Positions 28,729 through 39,651 of a DNA stretch of 64,000 nt are shown in pieces. How positions within the stretch are numbered: the stretch's first letter is position 1; each line of letters opens with the position of its first letter. Both the position numbers and the translations under genes were made by a program. Below the pieces are notes generated by a model. That model saw nothing but the letters and a program-made list of their open reading frames with translations. It was not told the origin of the DNA and ran no database searches. This stretch comes from Alphaproteobacteria bacterium (GTDB lineage: Bacteria > Pseudomonadota > Alphaproteobacteria > JAAXGF01): positions 2,208,001 to 2,272,000 of the forward strand of contig CAUVXB020000002.1 in the NCBI GenBank assembly GCA_963555825.3, written 5' to 3'.

Positions 28729-29565
28729 ATGGGCGACCGAACCAAGCTCCACGACGAGGTTTCCGAGTTCTACGCCCGCGCGGTCGTTCGCAGCGACGGC
28801 GGCTGCGGTGCCGCATCCGACGATTTCGTCGCGCTCACGGGCTACGCCGACGACGACTTGGCTAACCTGCCCGACGACGTCCTCGCCAGCGCCTTCGGCT
28901 GCGGCAACCCGGTCGCGTTCAGCCGCGTAATGCCCGGCGACACCGTTGTCGATCTCGGCTCGGGCGCCGGCATCGATCTGCTCATCGCGGGCCGCAAGGT
29001 CCGGGCGCAGGGTCGGGTCATCGGCGTCGACATGACCGATGCGATGATCGAGCGCGCGCGCGCCAACGCCGCCGCGGCGGGACTGGACAACGTCGAGGTG
29101 CGCAAGGGGTTGATCGAAGACCTGCCGGTCGACGACGGCTCGGTCGACTGGGTGATCTCCAACTGCGTGATCAATCTGTCGCCCGACAAATCCGCGGTGT
29201 TCGCCGAGATTGCTCGCGTGCTCAAGCCCGGCGGCGAGATGCTGGTGTCCGACATCGTCGTCGAGGACCTGCCCGACTGGGTGCGCGAGAACAAGGCGCT
29301 TTACTCGGCCTGTGTCGCCGGCGCGATCAGTGAGGGCGACTACGTCGCGGGCCTCCGCGCCGCGGGCCTCGCCGACGTCGAAGTGCGCGATCGGCTGGTC
29401 TACGACGCCGGCCAGCTCGAAGCGATGTACCGCGAAGAGATCCCCGACGCGGCGAAGCTTCGTGAAGCGGGCGAATCAGCCGAGGCGGCGCTGCGCCGCG
29501 CGGCCACCGAGGTCGCCGGCAAGGTATGGAGCATCAACGTTTACGCGCGCAAGCCAGGCGCGTAA
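28729..29565 (+). CDS. arsM: Arsenite methyltransferase ArsM-like
   Basis: FGCGNP, VVDLGSGAGID, VISNCVINLSPDK, ACVAGA. Confidence 0.8.
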   Translation: MGDRTKLHDEVSEFYARAVVRSDGGCGAASDDFVALTGYADDDLANLPDDVLASAFGCGNPVAFSRVMPGDTVVDLGSGAGIDLLIAGRKVRAQGRVIGVDMTDAMIERARANAAAAGLDNVEVRKGLIEDLPVDDGSVDWVISNCVINLSPDKSAVFAEIARVLKPGGEMLVSDIVVEDLPDWVRENKALYSACVAGAISEGDYVAGLRAAGLADVEVRDRLVYDAGQLEAMYREEIPDAAKLREAGESAEAALRRAATEVAGKVWSINVYARKPGA

Positions 29566-29608
29566 TTCCGGGCTAGACAGCCGGTGCGACGGCGCGCGAT
29601 GGTAGCGC

Positions 29609-30844
29609 ATGGCCCGCGCGCGAACGACATCCGAAACGATCGAAACCGAGGTGCTCGTGGTCGGCGGCGGCATGGTCGGCCTGACGCTCGGCTGCGCGCT
29701 CGCCGATGTCGGCGTCGCGGTCGCCGTGGCCGACCGCGCCGACCCGGCCACGGTGGTCGGTGCCGGCTTCGACGGCCGGGTCTCGGCGATCGCCTACGGC
29801 TCGCGCCGCGTGCTCGAGGCGATCGGCCTGTGGCCGGCGCTGGCGCCGCAAGCCGAGCCGATCCTCGAGATCCGCGTCTCGGACGGCGACTCGCCGCTGT
29901 TTCTGCACTACGACCACGCCGAGATCGGCGACCAGCCGCTCGGCCACATGGTCGAGAACCGGCACATCCGCCACGCCCTGTTCGACCTCGTCGCGCGCCA
30001 CGACCGGCTGCGTCTGCTGGCGCCCTGCGCGGTCGACGCGGTGACGCGCGGCGCCGCCGGCGTCGCGGCGCGGCTCGCCGACGGCCGCGAGGTCCGCGCC
30101 CGGCTCGTCGTCGCCGCCGACGGGCGCGGCTCGACGCTGCGCCGCGCCGCGGGCATCAACGTCACCACATGGCGCTATCCGCAGACCGGCATCGTCTGCA
30201 CCGTTGCGCATGAACGGCCGCACCGCGGCATCGCGCATGAACGCTTCCTGCCGGCCGGGCCTTTCGCCATCCTGCCGATGACCGGCGACCGCTCGTCGCT
30301 GGTGTGGACCGAGCGCGCCGATATCGCGCCGGCCATGATGGCGCTAGACGACGCCGCGTTCGGCGCCGAGATGGCGCGCCGCTTCGGCGAATTCCTGGGC
30401 GATCTAGAGGTCGTCGGGCCGCGCTGGAGCTATCCGCTCTCGCTGGTCCACGCCGAGCGCTACGTGGATATGCGCCTGGCGCTGATCGGCGACGCCGCAC
30501 ACGCCATCCATCCGATCGCCGGCCAGGGGCTGAACCTGGGCATCCGCGACGTCGCTGCGCTGGCCGAGGTGTTGGTCGACGCGCGCCGCCTGGGACTCGA
30601 CCTCGGCTCGGCGACCGTCATCGAGCGTTACCAGCGCTGGCGGCGCTTCGACAGCGTCGTGCTGGCGGCGGCGACCGACGGGCTCAACCGGCTGTTCTCG
30701 ACCGACGACCCGGCGCTGCGGCTGATGCGTGACCTGGGCCTGGCCGCGGTCAACCGGGTCGCGCCCCTGAAACGGCTGTTCATGCGCCACGCCATGGGCG
30801 TCGTCGGCACGCTGCCCAAGCTGGCGCGCGGCGAGCGGCTATAG
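29609..30844 (+). CDS. UbiH/UbiL/COQ6 family ubiquinone biosynthesis hydroxylase
   Basis: GGGMVG, VAADGRGS, GDAAHAIHPIAGQGLNLG. Confidence 0.92.
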   Translation: MARARTTSETIETEVLVVGGGMVGLTLGCALADVGVAVAVADRADPATVVGAGFDGRVSAIAYGSRRVLEAIGLWPALAPQAEPILEIRVSDGDSPLFLHYDHAEIGDQPLGHMVENRHIRHALFDLVARHDRLRLLAPCAVDAVTRGAAGVAARLADGREVRARLVVAADGRGSTLRRAAGINVTTWRYPQTGIVCTVAHERPHRGIAHERFLPAGPFAILPMTGDRSSLVWTERADIAPAMMALDDAAFGAEMARRFGEFLGDLEVVGPRWSYPLSLVHAERYVDMRLALIGDAAHAIHPIAGQGLNLGIRDVAALAEVLVDARRLGLDLGSATVIERYQRWRRFDSVVLAAATDGLNRLFSTDDPALRLMRDLGLAAVNRVAPLKRLFMRHAMGVVGTLPKLARGERL

Positions 30845-31885
30845 CGTCGCCCACAGCTGATAGGCGGCGCCGACGGCGAGCGCGCCCGTCAGGCCAAGCG
30901 CCAGATACCAGGCGAAGACGCCGCGCCGGACCAGCACGAAGACCGACATCGCGGTCGGCAGGCTGGTCACCTCGCCGGCCGTCATGAAGGCGAGCGCAGC
31001 GCCCGGCTGCATGCCCATGTCCAAGAGCGCCGAAACCGTCGGCGTCGCAGCATAGGCGTTGAGGTAGGTCGGTACGCCGACCAGGACACTCGCCGGAATG
31101 ACCCACCATTCGCCGCCGCCGAGCGAGGCCGCCACCCGCTCGGCCGGAATGAGCGCGACCAGCAGGCTCTCGATGACGAAGGCGAGGGTCAGCCACTTGA
31201 GGAGAAAGGCGGCGATTGCGAGGGCTTGCCCGACGAACGCCTGGCGCCGGCCGGGCTCGCGCCAGAAGGCCCAGGCGACCGCCGGGGTCTCGCCCGGCGT
31301 ATAGGCGTCGCACGAGCCCCATACGCTCGAGAACCCGCGCCGCGCCGCCTCGGGCCCGAGCGGATCGGTGATTGTCGGATACCGGGCCAGGGCATGGGTC
31401 GCGTAGCCCGCGGCGAGGCCCATGGCGAGCGCCGACAGCGCGCGGGTCAGTGCGAACGGCAGGTCGATGATCGCAGCGGTCAGGATGAACATCTCGGGGT
31501 CCATCAGCGGCGAGCCGATCCAGAACGCCATTACCGGCGCGAGTGGCACGCCGGCGGCGAGCAGACCGGCGACGACCGTGATGACGCTGACCGAGCAGAG
31601 CGGCGACAGCGCGCCGAACACCGCGGCGGCAAAGATCACCGTCGCCGGCCGGCCCATAAGCACCCGCGCGATCCGCCGATCGAGGCCGCTCGCCGCGATC
31701 GCCGCGGCGAGCGCCGCCGAGATCGCCAGGAACGGCGCGACGAACCACAGCGAGCCGAGCGTGAACTGCAGACTCGCGACCGCTTGTGCGGGCCACGCAA
31801 GCGCCGTGACGCCGAGGACGATCGCGGTCGCCAGCCAGACCCGGTCGATATCTCGGGCGCGCCGCGCAGCGATCAGGCGTAACAC
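30839..31885 (-). CDS. DUF318 / ArsP-like permease
   Basis: GALSPLCSVSVI, AFWIGSPLMDP, GVPTYLN, GAALAFMTAG; multi-TM. Confidence 0.8.
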   Translation of the reverse strand: MLRLIAARRARDIDRVWLATAIVLGVTALAWPAQAVASLQFTLGSLWFVAPFLAISAALAAAIAASGLDRRIARVLMGRPATVIFAAAVFGALSPLCSVSVITVVAGLLAAGVPLAPVMAFWIGSPLMDPEMFILTAAIIDLPFALTRALSALAMGLAAGYATHALARYPTITDPLGPEAARRGFSSVWGSCDAYTPGETPAVAWAFWREPGRRQAFVGQALAIAAFLLKWLTLAFVIESLLVALIPAERVAASLGGGEWWVIPASVLVGVPTYLNAYAATPTVSALLDMGMQPGAALAFMTAGEVTSLPTAMSVFVLVRRGVFAWYLALGLTGALAVGAAYQLWATL

Positions 31886-31887
31886 GG

Positions 31888-32061
31888 CTAAAGCCGGGGC
31901 GGCGTGCCGCTCGGGCGGCCCAGCATTGCGTCGCGCGTCGCGCCGTCGAGGCCGATGTCGGCCAGGCCGCCGGCGTCGAGCGCGGCCAGTTCGTTCAGGT
32001 TGGCGTTGCGCCGCCAGCGGCGCTGCAGCGCCGCGAAGAGCACTTCAGGAATTCTTAACAT
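31888..32061 (-). CDS. DUF1127-like small protein (57 aa)
   Basis: RRWRRNANLNELAALDAGGLADIGL; RBS GAGGAG; divergent from LysR. Confidence 0.7.
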   Translation of the reverse strand: MLRIPEVLFAALQRRWRRNANLNELAALDAGGLADIGLDGATRDAMLGRPSGTPPRL

Positions 32062-32064
32062 TAT

Positions 32065-32175
32065 CAAATCTCCTCTCGGCGAAGATTGGTATGACTTCTC
32101 CAACTTGATGGCTATAATGCTTGACAACAATCGAGATTTCGCACGAGTATGATTTAGATAATCTAAATCAATGGA
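32065..32175. promoter_or_regulatory. AT-rich divergent promoter region with candidate LysR box
   Basis: Palindrome TGATTTAGATAATCTAAATCA at ~32150-32170; TTGACA at ~32121. Confidence 0.6.
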
Positions 32176-33084
32176 ATGCCCATGGCCGACCGTCTGCCGT
32201 CGCTTAACGCCCTGCGCGCCTTCGACTGCGTGGCGCGCCATCTGAGCGTGACAAAGGCGGCCGACGAGCTTCATGTCACGCCGGCGGCCGTGAGCCTGCA
32301 GATCAAGGCGCTCGAGGCCGATCTCGGCGCCAAGCTGGTGCGCCGCGACGGCCGCGGCCTGGCGCTGACGACCGCCGGCAGGTCCGGCCTCGCCGATCTG
32401 GGAGAGGGTTTCGATCGGTTGGCGCGGGCGGCGCGCACGATGCGTCCCGACCGCGATCGCCAGATGCTCACGGTCAGCGTCGAGCCATCCTTCGCGGCGA
32501 CCTGGCTGGTGCGGCGTCTCGACCGCTTCAAGCGAGACCATCTCGGCATCGACGTGCGCATCGACGCCTCGATGGATCGTGCCGATTTCGCCCGCGACGG
32601 CGTCGACGTCGGCATCCGCTACGGCACGGGCGACTACCCGGGGCTGGATGTCGTCCGCCTGTTCGACGACGAGGTCTTTCCGGTGTGCGCGCCGGCACTG
32701 ATGGACGGCGTTCACCCGCTCGTCGAGCCCGGCGATCTGCGCTGGCACACGCTGTTGCACCTCGACTGGCCGCCGCATATGGGCGAGTGGCCCGACTGGT
32801 CGTCGTGGCTGCGCGCCGCCGGGGTCGACGACGTCGACGCCGGGCCCGGCCCGCACTTCACCGACGAATCGATGGCCCTGCAGGCCGCCGTCCAGGGCCA
32901 GGGCGTCGCGCTCGGCAACACCGCGCTGGTCGCCGACGACCTGGTGGCCGGCCGGCTGGTTTGGCCGTTCGCGCTGTGCCTGCCGACGATGTTCGCCTAT
33001 TACGTCGTCTGCCCCGAGGACCGCGCCGACGATCCGACGGTGACCGCCTTCCGCAATTGGCTGCTCGTCGAGGCGGCCGCCTGA
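32176..33084 (+). CDS. LysR family regulator, GcvA-like
   Basis: RLPSLNALRAF, ELHVTPAAVSLQIKALE, FRNWLL. Confidence 0.92.
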   Translation: MPMADRLPSLNALRAFDCVARHLSVTKAADELHVTPAAVSLQIKALEADLGAKLVRRDGRGLALTTAGRSGLADLGEGFDRLARAARTMRPDRDRQMLTVSVEPSFAATWLVRRLDRFKRDHLGIDVRIDASMDRADFARDGVDVGIRYGTGDYPGLDVVRLFDDEVFPVCAPALMDGVHPLVEPGDLRWHTLLHLDWPPHMGEWPDWSSWLRAAGVDDVDAGPGPHFTDESMALQAAVQGQGVALGNTALVADDLVAGRLVWPFALCLPTMFAYYVVCPEDRADDPTVTAFRNWLLVEAAA

Positions 33085-33717
33085 TCAGGCGACGTAATAG
33101 ACGAAAACCTGGTGCGCGACGTCGTGGCCCGATCCGGGCAGCGACAGGAAGGCGGGCGTTGCCTCGCTGCGCGACCAGCGCCCCTCGTGCTCGAGCGCAT
33201 CCTGGCGCGCCAGGAAGTCGTCGCCCGCGCCGCCGTCGACCCGGATCGAGAAGATCATCGGCGCGCCGGGCCGGGTCACCCGGATCAGTTCGTCGAAGGC
33301 ATCGGGCCTGGCGTGGCCGACGGTCAGCACGCCGACCGCCGTCATCGCCACGAAATGGTCGTCGGGGAAATCGAGCGTCTCGCCGAGCTTCATGCGACGA
33401 AGATCCCGGTAGACCGCCTTGGCGCGCGCGACGGCGAGCATGCCTTCGGAAAGGTCGATGCCGACCAGATCGCGATAGCCGAGCAGATGCAGCGTCTCGC
33501 CGATCATGCCGGTGCCGCAGCCGGCGTCGAGCACGGCGCCCTCGCCCGCATCGACGTGACGGCCGAACAACCCGGCGACCACCGCCGGCAGCTTGTAGCC
33601 CCAGCTGACCAGGTCGGCGTCGTAATCTGTCGCCCAACCGTCGTATCCGGCCGCCAGCTCGTCGTCGGTCTCGGCGCGATAGATCCGGTCGAGCTGCTCG
33701 TTGCGCGGCGTGCTCAT
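33085..33717 (-). CDS. Class I SAM-dependent methyltransferase
   Basis: YDGWATDYD, VLDAGCGTG, GIDLSEGML. Confidence 0.88.
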   Translation of the reverse strand: MSTPRNEQLDRIYRAETDDELAAGYDGWATDYDADLVSWGYKLPAVVAGLFGRHVDAGEGAVLDAGCGTGMIGETLHLLGYRDLVGIDLSEGMLAVARAKAVYRDLRRMKLGETLDFPDDHFVAMTAVGVLTVGHARPDAFDELIRVTRPGAPMIFSIRVDGGAGDDFLARQDALEHEGRWSRSEATPAFLSLPGSGHDVAHQVFVYYVA

Positions 33718-34088
33718 GGATCGCGGCTCAGGCCGCGGCCGGCGAGCGCGTCGAGGTAGGCCTGCCAGATGGTCTCGTAATCGGTGCCGATCTCATAGAG
33801 GTACTGCCACGAAAAGATGCCGGTGTCGTGCAGGTCGTCGAAGGTGATCTTGACCGCGTAGTTGCCGACCGCCGTGACGTCCATGATGCCGACGTGACGC
33901 CGCCCGGCGATGATCTGCTTCTGGCTCGGCCCGTGGCCCTGGACCTCGGCCGACGGGCTCTCGACGCGCAGGAACTCGGCCGGATAGCTGAACGTCGTGC
34001 CGTTGTCGAAGGTGACGTCGAGCGCCTTGTCCTCGCGCTTCAGCCGGATCTCGACCGGCCAGTGCTCGGCGCCGAACGATCCGCTCAC
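33714..34088 (-). CDS. DUF971 (GBBH-like N-terminal domain) protein
   Basis: [35 protein letters not shown]. Confidence 0.9.
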   Translation of the reverse strand: MSGSFGAEHWPVEIRLKREDKALDVTFDNGTTFSYPAEFLRVESPSAEVQGHGPSQKQIIAGRRHVGIMDVTAVGNYAVKITFDDLHDTGIFSWQYLYEIGTDYETIWQAYLDALAGRGLSRDP

Positions 34089-34342
34089 GGCGTCGCCTGG
34101 GCATCACCGCCGTCGTCGAGGTGGCGCGCCTTGTCGATCAGCATGATCGGGATGCCATCGCGGATCGGATAGGCGAGGCCGGCCTGCTCGCTGATCAGCT
34201 CCTGGCCCTCGCGGTCGTAGCGCAGCGGCCCCTTGGTCAGCGGGCAGACCAGGATTTCGAGAAGCTTGGGGTCGACGCTGGCGCCATCGTCGGTCGACCG
34301 CTTGTCCGCCGCGTCGTCCGGCGCGTCGTCATGTTCACTCAT
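34085..34342 (-). CDS. Trm112 family protein
   Basis: [26 protein letters not shown]. Confidence 0.9.
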   Translation of the reverse strand: MSEHDDAPDDAADKRSTDDGASVDPKLLEILVCPLTKGPLRYDREGQELISEQAGLAYPIRDGIPIMLIDKARHLDDGGDAQATP

Positions 34343-35016
34343 TGCAGCATGCCCTCCATGTCGGCGTCGACATCCGACGCCGCCAGCATTTCCATCAATG
34401 TTACCAGGATTTCCGCGCAAGCGCCGATGTCGGCGGCTTCCAGCAGCGCCTGCTTCTCGCCCGGGTTGAACGGGAACAGCATGGCGAGCGACGTCACCAG
34501 GCGGTCGCTCGGCATGCGCTCGACCGCCGGCCAATCGATTTCGTTGCCCGAGCCGGCCGGCACGCATAACTGCAGCGCCCGCATCAGCCGGTCGCGGTCG
34601 ACGGTCGCCGCATCGGGTTCGGCGAGATCGTCAAGGTAGCGCCCATAGGTCGGACAGACGCGCCGGTAGCCGGTATCCGTGAGCGCGATCTCGTCGGCGA
34701 CGACGAAGCGGCAGACGCCCGACAGCGTGATCAAAAAACGCCCGTCGTCGGTTTCTTGGAACGCAGTGATGCGCCCGGCGCAGCCGGTGTCGTAGACCGC
34801 CGGTGACGGCTCGCGTTCACCGCCCGGCGCGCGCGGCTGGATCATGCCGATCAGCTGATTGCCGATCATCGCCTCGCGTGTCATCGCCAGATAGCGTGGC
34901 TCGAATATATTGAGCGGCAATTGGCCGCGCGGCAACAGGAGAACACCCGACAGCGGAAAGATCGGCAGAATGTCAGGGAGGCCCCGTACGCCATCGCGCC
35001 CGGTCTCGGAGGTCAT
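34339..35016 (-). CDS. LON peptidase substrate-binding domain protein
   Basis: [29 protein letters not shown]. Confidence 0.9.
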   Translation of the reverse strand: MTSETGRDGVRGLPDILPIFPLSGVLLLPRGQLPLNIFEPRYLAMTREAMIGNQLIGMIQPRAPGGEREPSPAVYDTGCAGRITAFQETDDGRFLITLSGVCRFVVADEIALTDTGYRRVCPTYGRYLDDLAEPDAATVDRDRLMRALQLCVPAGSGNEIDWPAVERMPSDRLVTSLAMLFPFNPGEKQALLEAADIGACAEILVTLMEMLAASDVDADMEGMLQ

Positions 35017-35933
35017 GCGAAGAGAATCGACGACAGCCTTCGACGCGCCGCGACGGTCAGGGGATCGGTCTGGCCGAAGGCCTCGAACAGGGTGAGCAGC
35101 TGAGTGCGCGCCGCCGCTTCGTTCCACTCGGCGTCGCGCCGCACGATCTCGAGCAGCTGGTCGACCGCAGCCTCGCGCTGGTTGGCGCCGTAATGTGCCA
35201 TGGCCAGGTCGAAGCGCGTCTGGTGGTCGTCGGGATCGGCGGCGAGCCTTGCTTCCAGCGCGTCGTGATCGCCTACCGAATCGGCGGCGTCGGCGGCCTG
35301 CTCGGCGAGCACCAGCGCCGAACGGGCGCCGGTGATCGCCGCGTGATCGGCCTGCGCGTCATCGATCGGGTCCAAGAGCGCGCGGGCCCCGGCCAAGTCG
35401 CCCGTCTCGATATGGCAGCGCGCCAGACCGGCGATGGCGTCCGGGTTGTCGGGCTCGTGGTTTATGACCTGGGCGAACAGCGCACTGGCGGCGCCGTGGT
35501 CGCCGTTCTCGAGCGCCGCGGTGGCGCGCTCGAGCGCTTGCTCGACCGGCGTCGGGCCGATCTCGCCGACCAGCCGCTCTATGAAGCTCTTGATCTGGCT
35601 TTCGGGCACCGCGCCGACGAAGCCGTCGACCGGACGGCCGTCGACCACGGCGTGGACCGCGGGGATCGACTGGACGCGGAAGGCCTGGGCAATCTGCGGG
35701 TTCTCGTCGATGTTGACCTTGACCAGCTTGACCCTGCCGCCGGCGGCGCGCACCGATTTCTCGAGCACCGGGGTGATCTGCTTGCACGGCTCGCACCAGG
35801 GCGCCCAGAAATCGACGATGACCGGCGTCTCCTGCGACGCGACCAATACGTCTGTCTCGAACGACTCCGTGTCGGCGTCCTTGATAAGCCCGTCCGGGGC
35901 GTCGGCCGGCGGCGCGCCAATTATCGGTTCCAT
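35013..35933 (-). CDS. Thioredoxin-TPR co-chaperone (YbbN/CnoX-like)
   Basis: VDFWAPWCEPC followed by TPR-like helices, RRRLSSILF. Confidence 0.9.
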   Translation of the reverse strand: MEPIIGAPPADAPDGLIKDADTESFETDVLVASQETPVIVDFWAPWCEPCKQITPVLEKSVRAAGGRVKLVKVNIDENPQIAQAFRVQSIPAVHAVVDGRPVDGFVGAVPESQIKSFIERLVGEIGPTPVEQALERATAALENGDHGAASALFAQVINHEPDNPDAIAGLARCHIETGDLAGARALLDPIDDAQADHAAITGARSALVLAEQAADAADSVGDHDALEARLAADPDDHQTRFDLAMAHYGANQREAAVDQLLEIVRRDAEWNEAAARTQLLTLFEAFGQTDPLTVAARRRLSSILFA

Positions 35934-36004
35934 GTCCTCGCCCTCAGCGTTTGGTGTCACTCAAAGATGGCGGCTCGCGAGCCGGCTGGCAAGGGTTAGA
36001 CCCA

Positions 36005-36135
36005 TGTGCGGCCACCTTTGACTCGCGTAAAGGTGGCCTGCGCTCAATCGCCGCGCACGCCATTCTTTATCCCACAAGGACTCGCCGAACGGTCGGCGGC
36101 CCCCCTCTTGTCCCATTAGGACTGGCGCGGGCTGG
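36005..36135 (-). repeat. Repeat family R, copy C (inverted)
   Basis: Reverse complement carries the same cores. Confidence 0.85.
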
Positions 36136-36180
36136 GGTTGTCCGACCGAGATCAATCGAACGGATATTTCTCCACTCCGC

Positions 36181-36678
36181 CTAGAGCGTCGCGAAGTCGA
36201 AGTGACGGCATGGGTGTCCGAGCGCGGCGATAAAGGCGTCGAGACCGGCCGGCGTGATCGCCGTCGTCGCGTCGTTGCCGAGCGGGTGGTAGTTCAAGAG
36301 GTCGAGGCCCATCATCTCGCGGTCGAGCACGACCTCGACGCGCCGCGCCGGGTCGTTGATCAGCGCGAGCGGCGTCACCGCGCCGGGGATGACGCCGAGC
36401 ACCTCCATCAACAGCTCGGCCCTGCCGAACGAAAAGCGCGCCGCGCCGAGCGCCTTCGACAGCGCCTTCAGGTCGACCGCGCGCTCGTCCAGCGTGACGA
36501 CCAGCCACAGCTTGGCCTTCTTGTCCTTGAGGAACAGGCTCTTGCAATGGCCGCCCGGCAGGTGGCCGCAGTGTCGCTGCGCTTCGGCGACGGTGAACAC
36601 CGGCGGGTGCTCGTGGGTCGTCGTCTCGATGCCGAGATCGGCCAGGCGTTCGAACAGCGTTTCGCGGGTTACTGCCAT
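36181..36678 (-). CDS. YbaK/ProX prolyl-tRNA editing domain protein
   Basis: HPPVFTV, KSLFLKDKK, LGVIPGAVTP, HPLGNDAT. Confidence 0.9.
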   Translation of the reverse strand: MAVTRETLFERLADLGIETTTHEHPPVFTVAEAQRHCGHLPGGHCKSLFLKDKKAKLWLVVTLDERAVDLKALSKALGAARFSFGRAELLMEVLGVIPGAVTPLALINDPARRVEVVLDREMMGLDLLNYHPLGNDATTAITPAGLDAFIAALGHPCRHFDFATL

Positions 36679-36798
36679 GGCGTGGTATAGTGCCGGCACC
36701 CTGGCGCTGGCTCAAGCGCCAACTCGGACTTGCAAAGCCGGGGGCCTTCACTTAAGTATCGGGCGATCGATCGCGCCGGTCGCAGGCGCGGAAGCTAA

Positions 36799-36873
36799 GC
36801 GGGCGTAGCTCAGTGGTAGAGCACAACCTTGCCAAGGTTGGGGTCGTGAGTTCGAATCTCATCGCCCGCTCCA
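36799..36873 (+). tRNA. tRNA-Gly (GCC)
   Basis: GCGGGCGTAGCTCAGTGGTAGAGC...CTTGCCAAG...GTTCGAATC...CGCCCGCTCCA cloverleaf with CCA. Confidence 0.97.
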
Positions 36874-37037
36874 TTTCTTTCGGTTTTCGAGCGACTTTTC
36901 TTCGGTACTAGGCCCGGCCTTCGCGCCGGGCTTTCGCCGTCTTGGGCGCCGGGCGAGGTATCCGAGTGCACTGCGTACGCGCAGATAAGCCGGCGCCGCC
37001 ATTCGATCGGCACGGCCGACGCGCTCGCACGGCCCCG

Positions 37038-37248
37038 TTAGCGGCGCCGCGCGGCGCGTTCGAGGGGCGTCGGCGGTCAGCACCCAGTTGGTCAGGGCGC
37101 GGTCCTCATGGCTCATGCGCCAGCTCAGCATCTTCTGGGCGTACTCCAGGACCAGGCCCCGGTACGCCGGATCATCGGCCAGGTTGCGGAGTTCCGCCGG
37201 GTCCTCTTCGAGGTCGAAGAACAGCGCCGGCAGGGCGGTGAAATGGGC
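37038..37248 (-). pseudogene. C-terminal fragment of sulfatase / phosphonate monoester hydrolase-like gene
   Basis: HFTALPALFFDLEEDPAELRNLADDPAY...KMLSWRM; no N-terminus. Confidence 0.65.
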
Positions 37249-37269
37249 GTTTTTATGCGGGCTGGACAC

Positions 37270-38130
37270 TCAGCGGACATTCGGCTGAGCCGCATGAGCT
37301 TCACGAATCAGCGCTCCCGGTGCGGCATTTTTGTGGCTGACCAGGGGGTTAAGTTCACGGAGCAGTTTGCGCAGGAAGGCGCGCGCGAAGTCGTCATAAT
37401 CATTTGCAATCTCGATGAAAGCACCCGGACCCTGGATAACATTTTCGCGGTAATACGTTTCCATCTCGAAGAAATCGACGTTGGTATGAGCGTGATAACG
37501 ACCCATGCTCATCGGGCCCGGCGGGGATGGTGTGCGTGCGGAATATTCAACGATACGAGTGAGGATAGGCAAACCGTTGATCACGATCCCCAGGGCATTT
37601 GCCGCTTGTCGGGGTATGGCTAGGTGTACGCCGATATTGTTGCGGCCGTCGCCCGATACATCGATCTTCAACTGGCGGCCTTCGAATGCGTTTTCGGCAA
37701 TCATACGAACGCCAAAATCAATGGCCTCGCCAATCCCGGTGAAGACACGCTTCGGATCGCGTTCAGCTTTTTCCACCTTGGCGGCGAATGCCAAGACACT
37801 CGCTGGATCCTTCAGCAGGTGCCAGGGGATCATGTATTGCTCGTTGACCTCCGAGCTCCATTGGAAGAGTGTCACGGCGACACCGTCTTGCTGCCCAATA
37901 AGGCTGACGATTTCGGGCGTTCGAAAGGCGCTGGCAATCCCTTTCATCAAAAGACCGAATTCAAAGCCGTCGATGCTCATCGAGGTATCGACAGCAAAAA
38001 CGAGTTCAATCGATATCGGGGTTTTTGCCCGCGCGCCTTCAATCGGCAGAAGCGCCACGGCCGCCCAAACAGCCATTGCGGCGTTCGAGAGAAACTGCAC
38101 TAGGAACGTAGAACCCGTTCTTTCTCGCAT
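37270..38130 (-). CDS. DUF1194 (vWA-like) exported protein
   Basis: LVFAVDTSMSID, IDVSGDGRNN, INGLPI, VIQGPGAF. Confidence 0.85.
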   Translation of the reverse strand: MRERTGSTFLVQFLSNAAMAVWAAVALLPIEGARAKTPISIELVFAVDTSMSIDGFEFGLLMKGIASAFRTPEIVSLIGQQDGVAVTLFQWSSEVNEQYMIPWHLLKDPASVLAFAAKVEKAERDPKRVFTGIGEAIDFGVRMIAENAFEGRQLKIDVSGDGRNNIGVHLAIPRQAANALGIVINGLPILTRIVEYSARTPSPPGPMSMGRYHAHTNVDFFEMETYYRENVIQGPGAFIEIANDYDDFARAFLRKLLRELNPLVSHKNAAPGALIREAHAAQPNVR

Positions 38131-38442
38131 TATCTACCGGCAGATCTGATTGGGACGAAAGCGCCTTGGTCATTGGTTGGTCAAAGGCGCGCGGCTCACC
38201 CGCCCCGACTTTCATCGTCAAATCATATCAGTGTTTCGGGGCCCATTCGAAGGAAACTACCTTCGCGGCGCATACAAACACACCCGCCGGAGTCGAACGG
38301 ATAGGGAGTGGATGCATCGAACGGCACAGCTTCCGAATACCGGTGAACCTAATGAAGGAGCTCGAAGCTGCGTCCCTCGGCTTCATAGCACCCTACTGGC
38401 GGTCAACGGCCGCGGTGCACCGAAGGACCCGTTGATGAGCTA

Positions 38443-39611
38443 ATACCATCGAGCATTGAAGGAGACTCATTTAGGGGATTCCCAAACGGCAAGAAGTCTG
38501 AATCAATGAGGCGAACTGATACGGAGGTTCGCTATGGGCAGAGCGGTTGCGTTACGGGAAGATTTTGATGGTCCGGCGCTTCGGCGGTTAGCCAAGGCGT
38601 CGAAGGATGCTGGACAGAGCCGGCGGCTTCTTGCGCTGGCTGAGATTTACGATGGTGGCCGTCGCACGGAGGCGGCGCGGATCGGTACTGTCGGGCTCCA
38701 GGTGGTCCGTGACTGGGTTCTCCGTTTCAACGCCAAGGGGCCGGATGGTCTGATTGACGGCAAGGCGACAGGCAAGCCGGCCAAGCTCAATGACAGGCAG
38801 CGACAAGCGCTCGCTCGGCTTGTTGAGAGCGGACCGATTCCGGCGATCCACGGTGTCGTGCGTTGGCGCCGAAAGGACCTGGCGCATTGGATATTCGAAG
38901 AGTTCCGCATTTCGGTTGATGAGACGACGGTGGGCCGTGAATTGAGGGCGCTGGGGTTTCGCAAGATATCGGCACGACCACGCCACAAGGGGCAGAACGA
39001 GTTTGCCGTCGAGGATTTAAAAAAAACTTCCCCGCCGGGTTGGGGGAGATCCGAGCCAGGCTCCCGGCCAACACCGCGATAGAAATTTGGTGGCAAGATG
39101 AGGCCCGGGTCGGCCAGAAAACCATGCTCACCCGGCGCTGGGCGCGACGCGGCAGCCGACCCACGGCGCTCCGGGACCAACGCACGAAGTCGGCCTATAT
39201 CTTTGGTGCCATCTGTCCCGCGCGCGGTGTCGGTGCGGGCCTTGTCCTGCCCCGCTGCAACACTCAGGCCATGCAATGGCATCTTGATGAAATCTCGGCC
39301 CTGGTGACACCAGGCGCTCACGCTGTACTCATCATCGACCGGGCCGGATGGCACACCACCGGCAGGCTCGAGATCCCATCCAACATCACATTGATGTTCT
39401 TGCCACCAAGAGCGCCCGAGCTGAACCCCGTCGAAAACATATGGCAGTTCATGCGCGATAACTGGCTTTCCAACAGGATATTCAAGACCTACGACGATAT
39501 CGTCGCGCTGTGTTGCGAAGCCTGGAACAGGCTCATCGATCAACCCTGGAAGATCATGTCGATCGGACGCCGAAAATGGGCCCATGGGTTCTGATTAATG
39601 CCCGTTGGTAT
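38443..39611 (+). mobile_element. IS630-family element; transposase 38534-39594 with -1 frameshift
   Basis: TIR ATACCATCGAGCATTGA / TTAATGCCCGTTGGTAT; slippery TTTAAAAAAAAC at 39016-39027; QDEARVG, IDRAGWH, PELNPVENIW. Confidence 0.92.
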
Positions 39612-39651
39612 AAAGCGTCATCCGAGCGCGTGGAATCGCCCGATATTCGGA

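Noticed and set aside
38150-38443. Short ORFs between DUF1194 and IS630
   Set aside because: No RBS or recognisable motifs; likely non-coding or degraded
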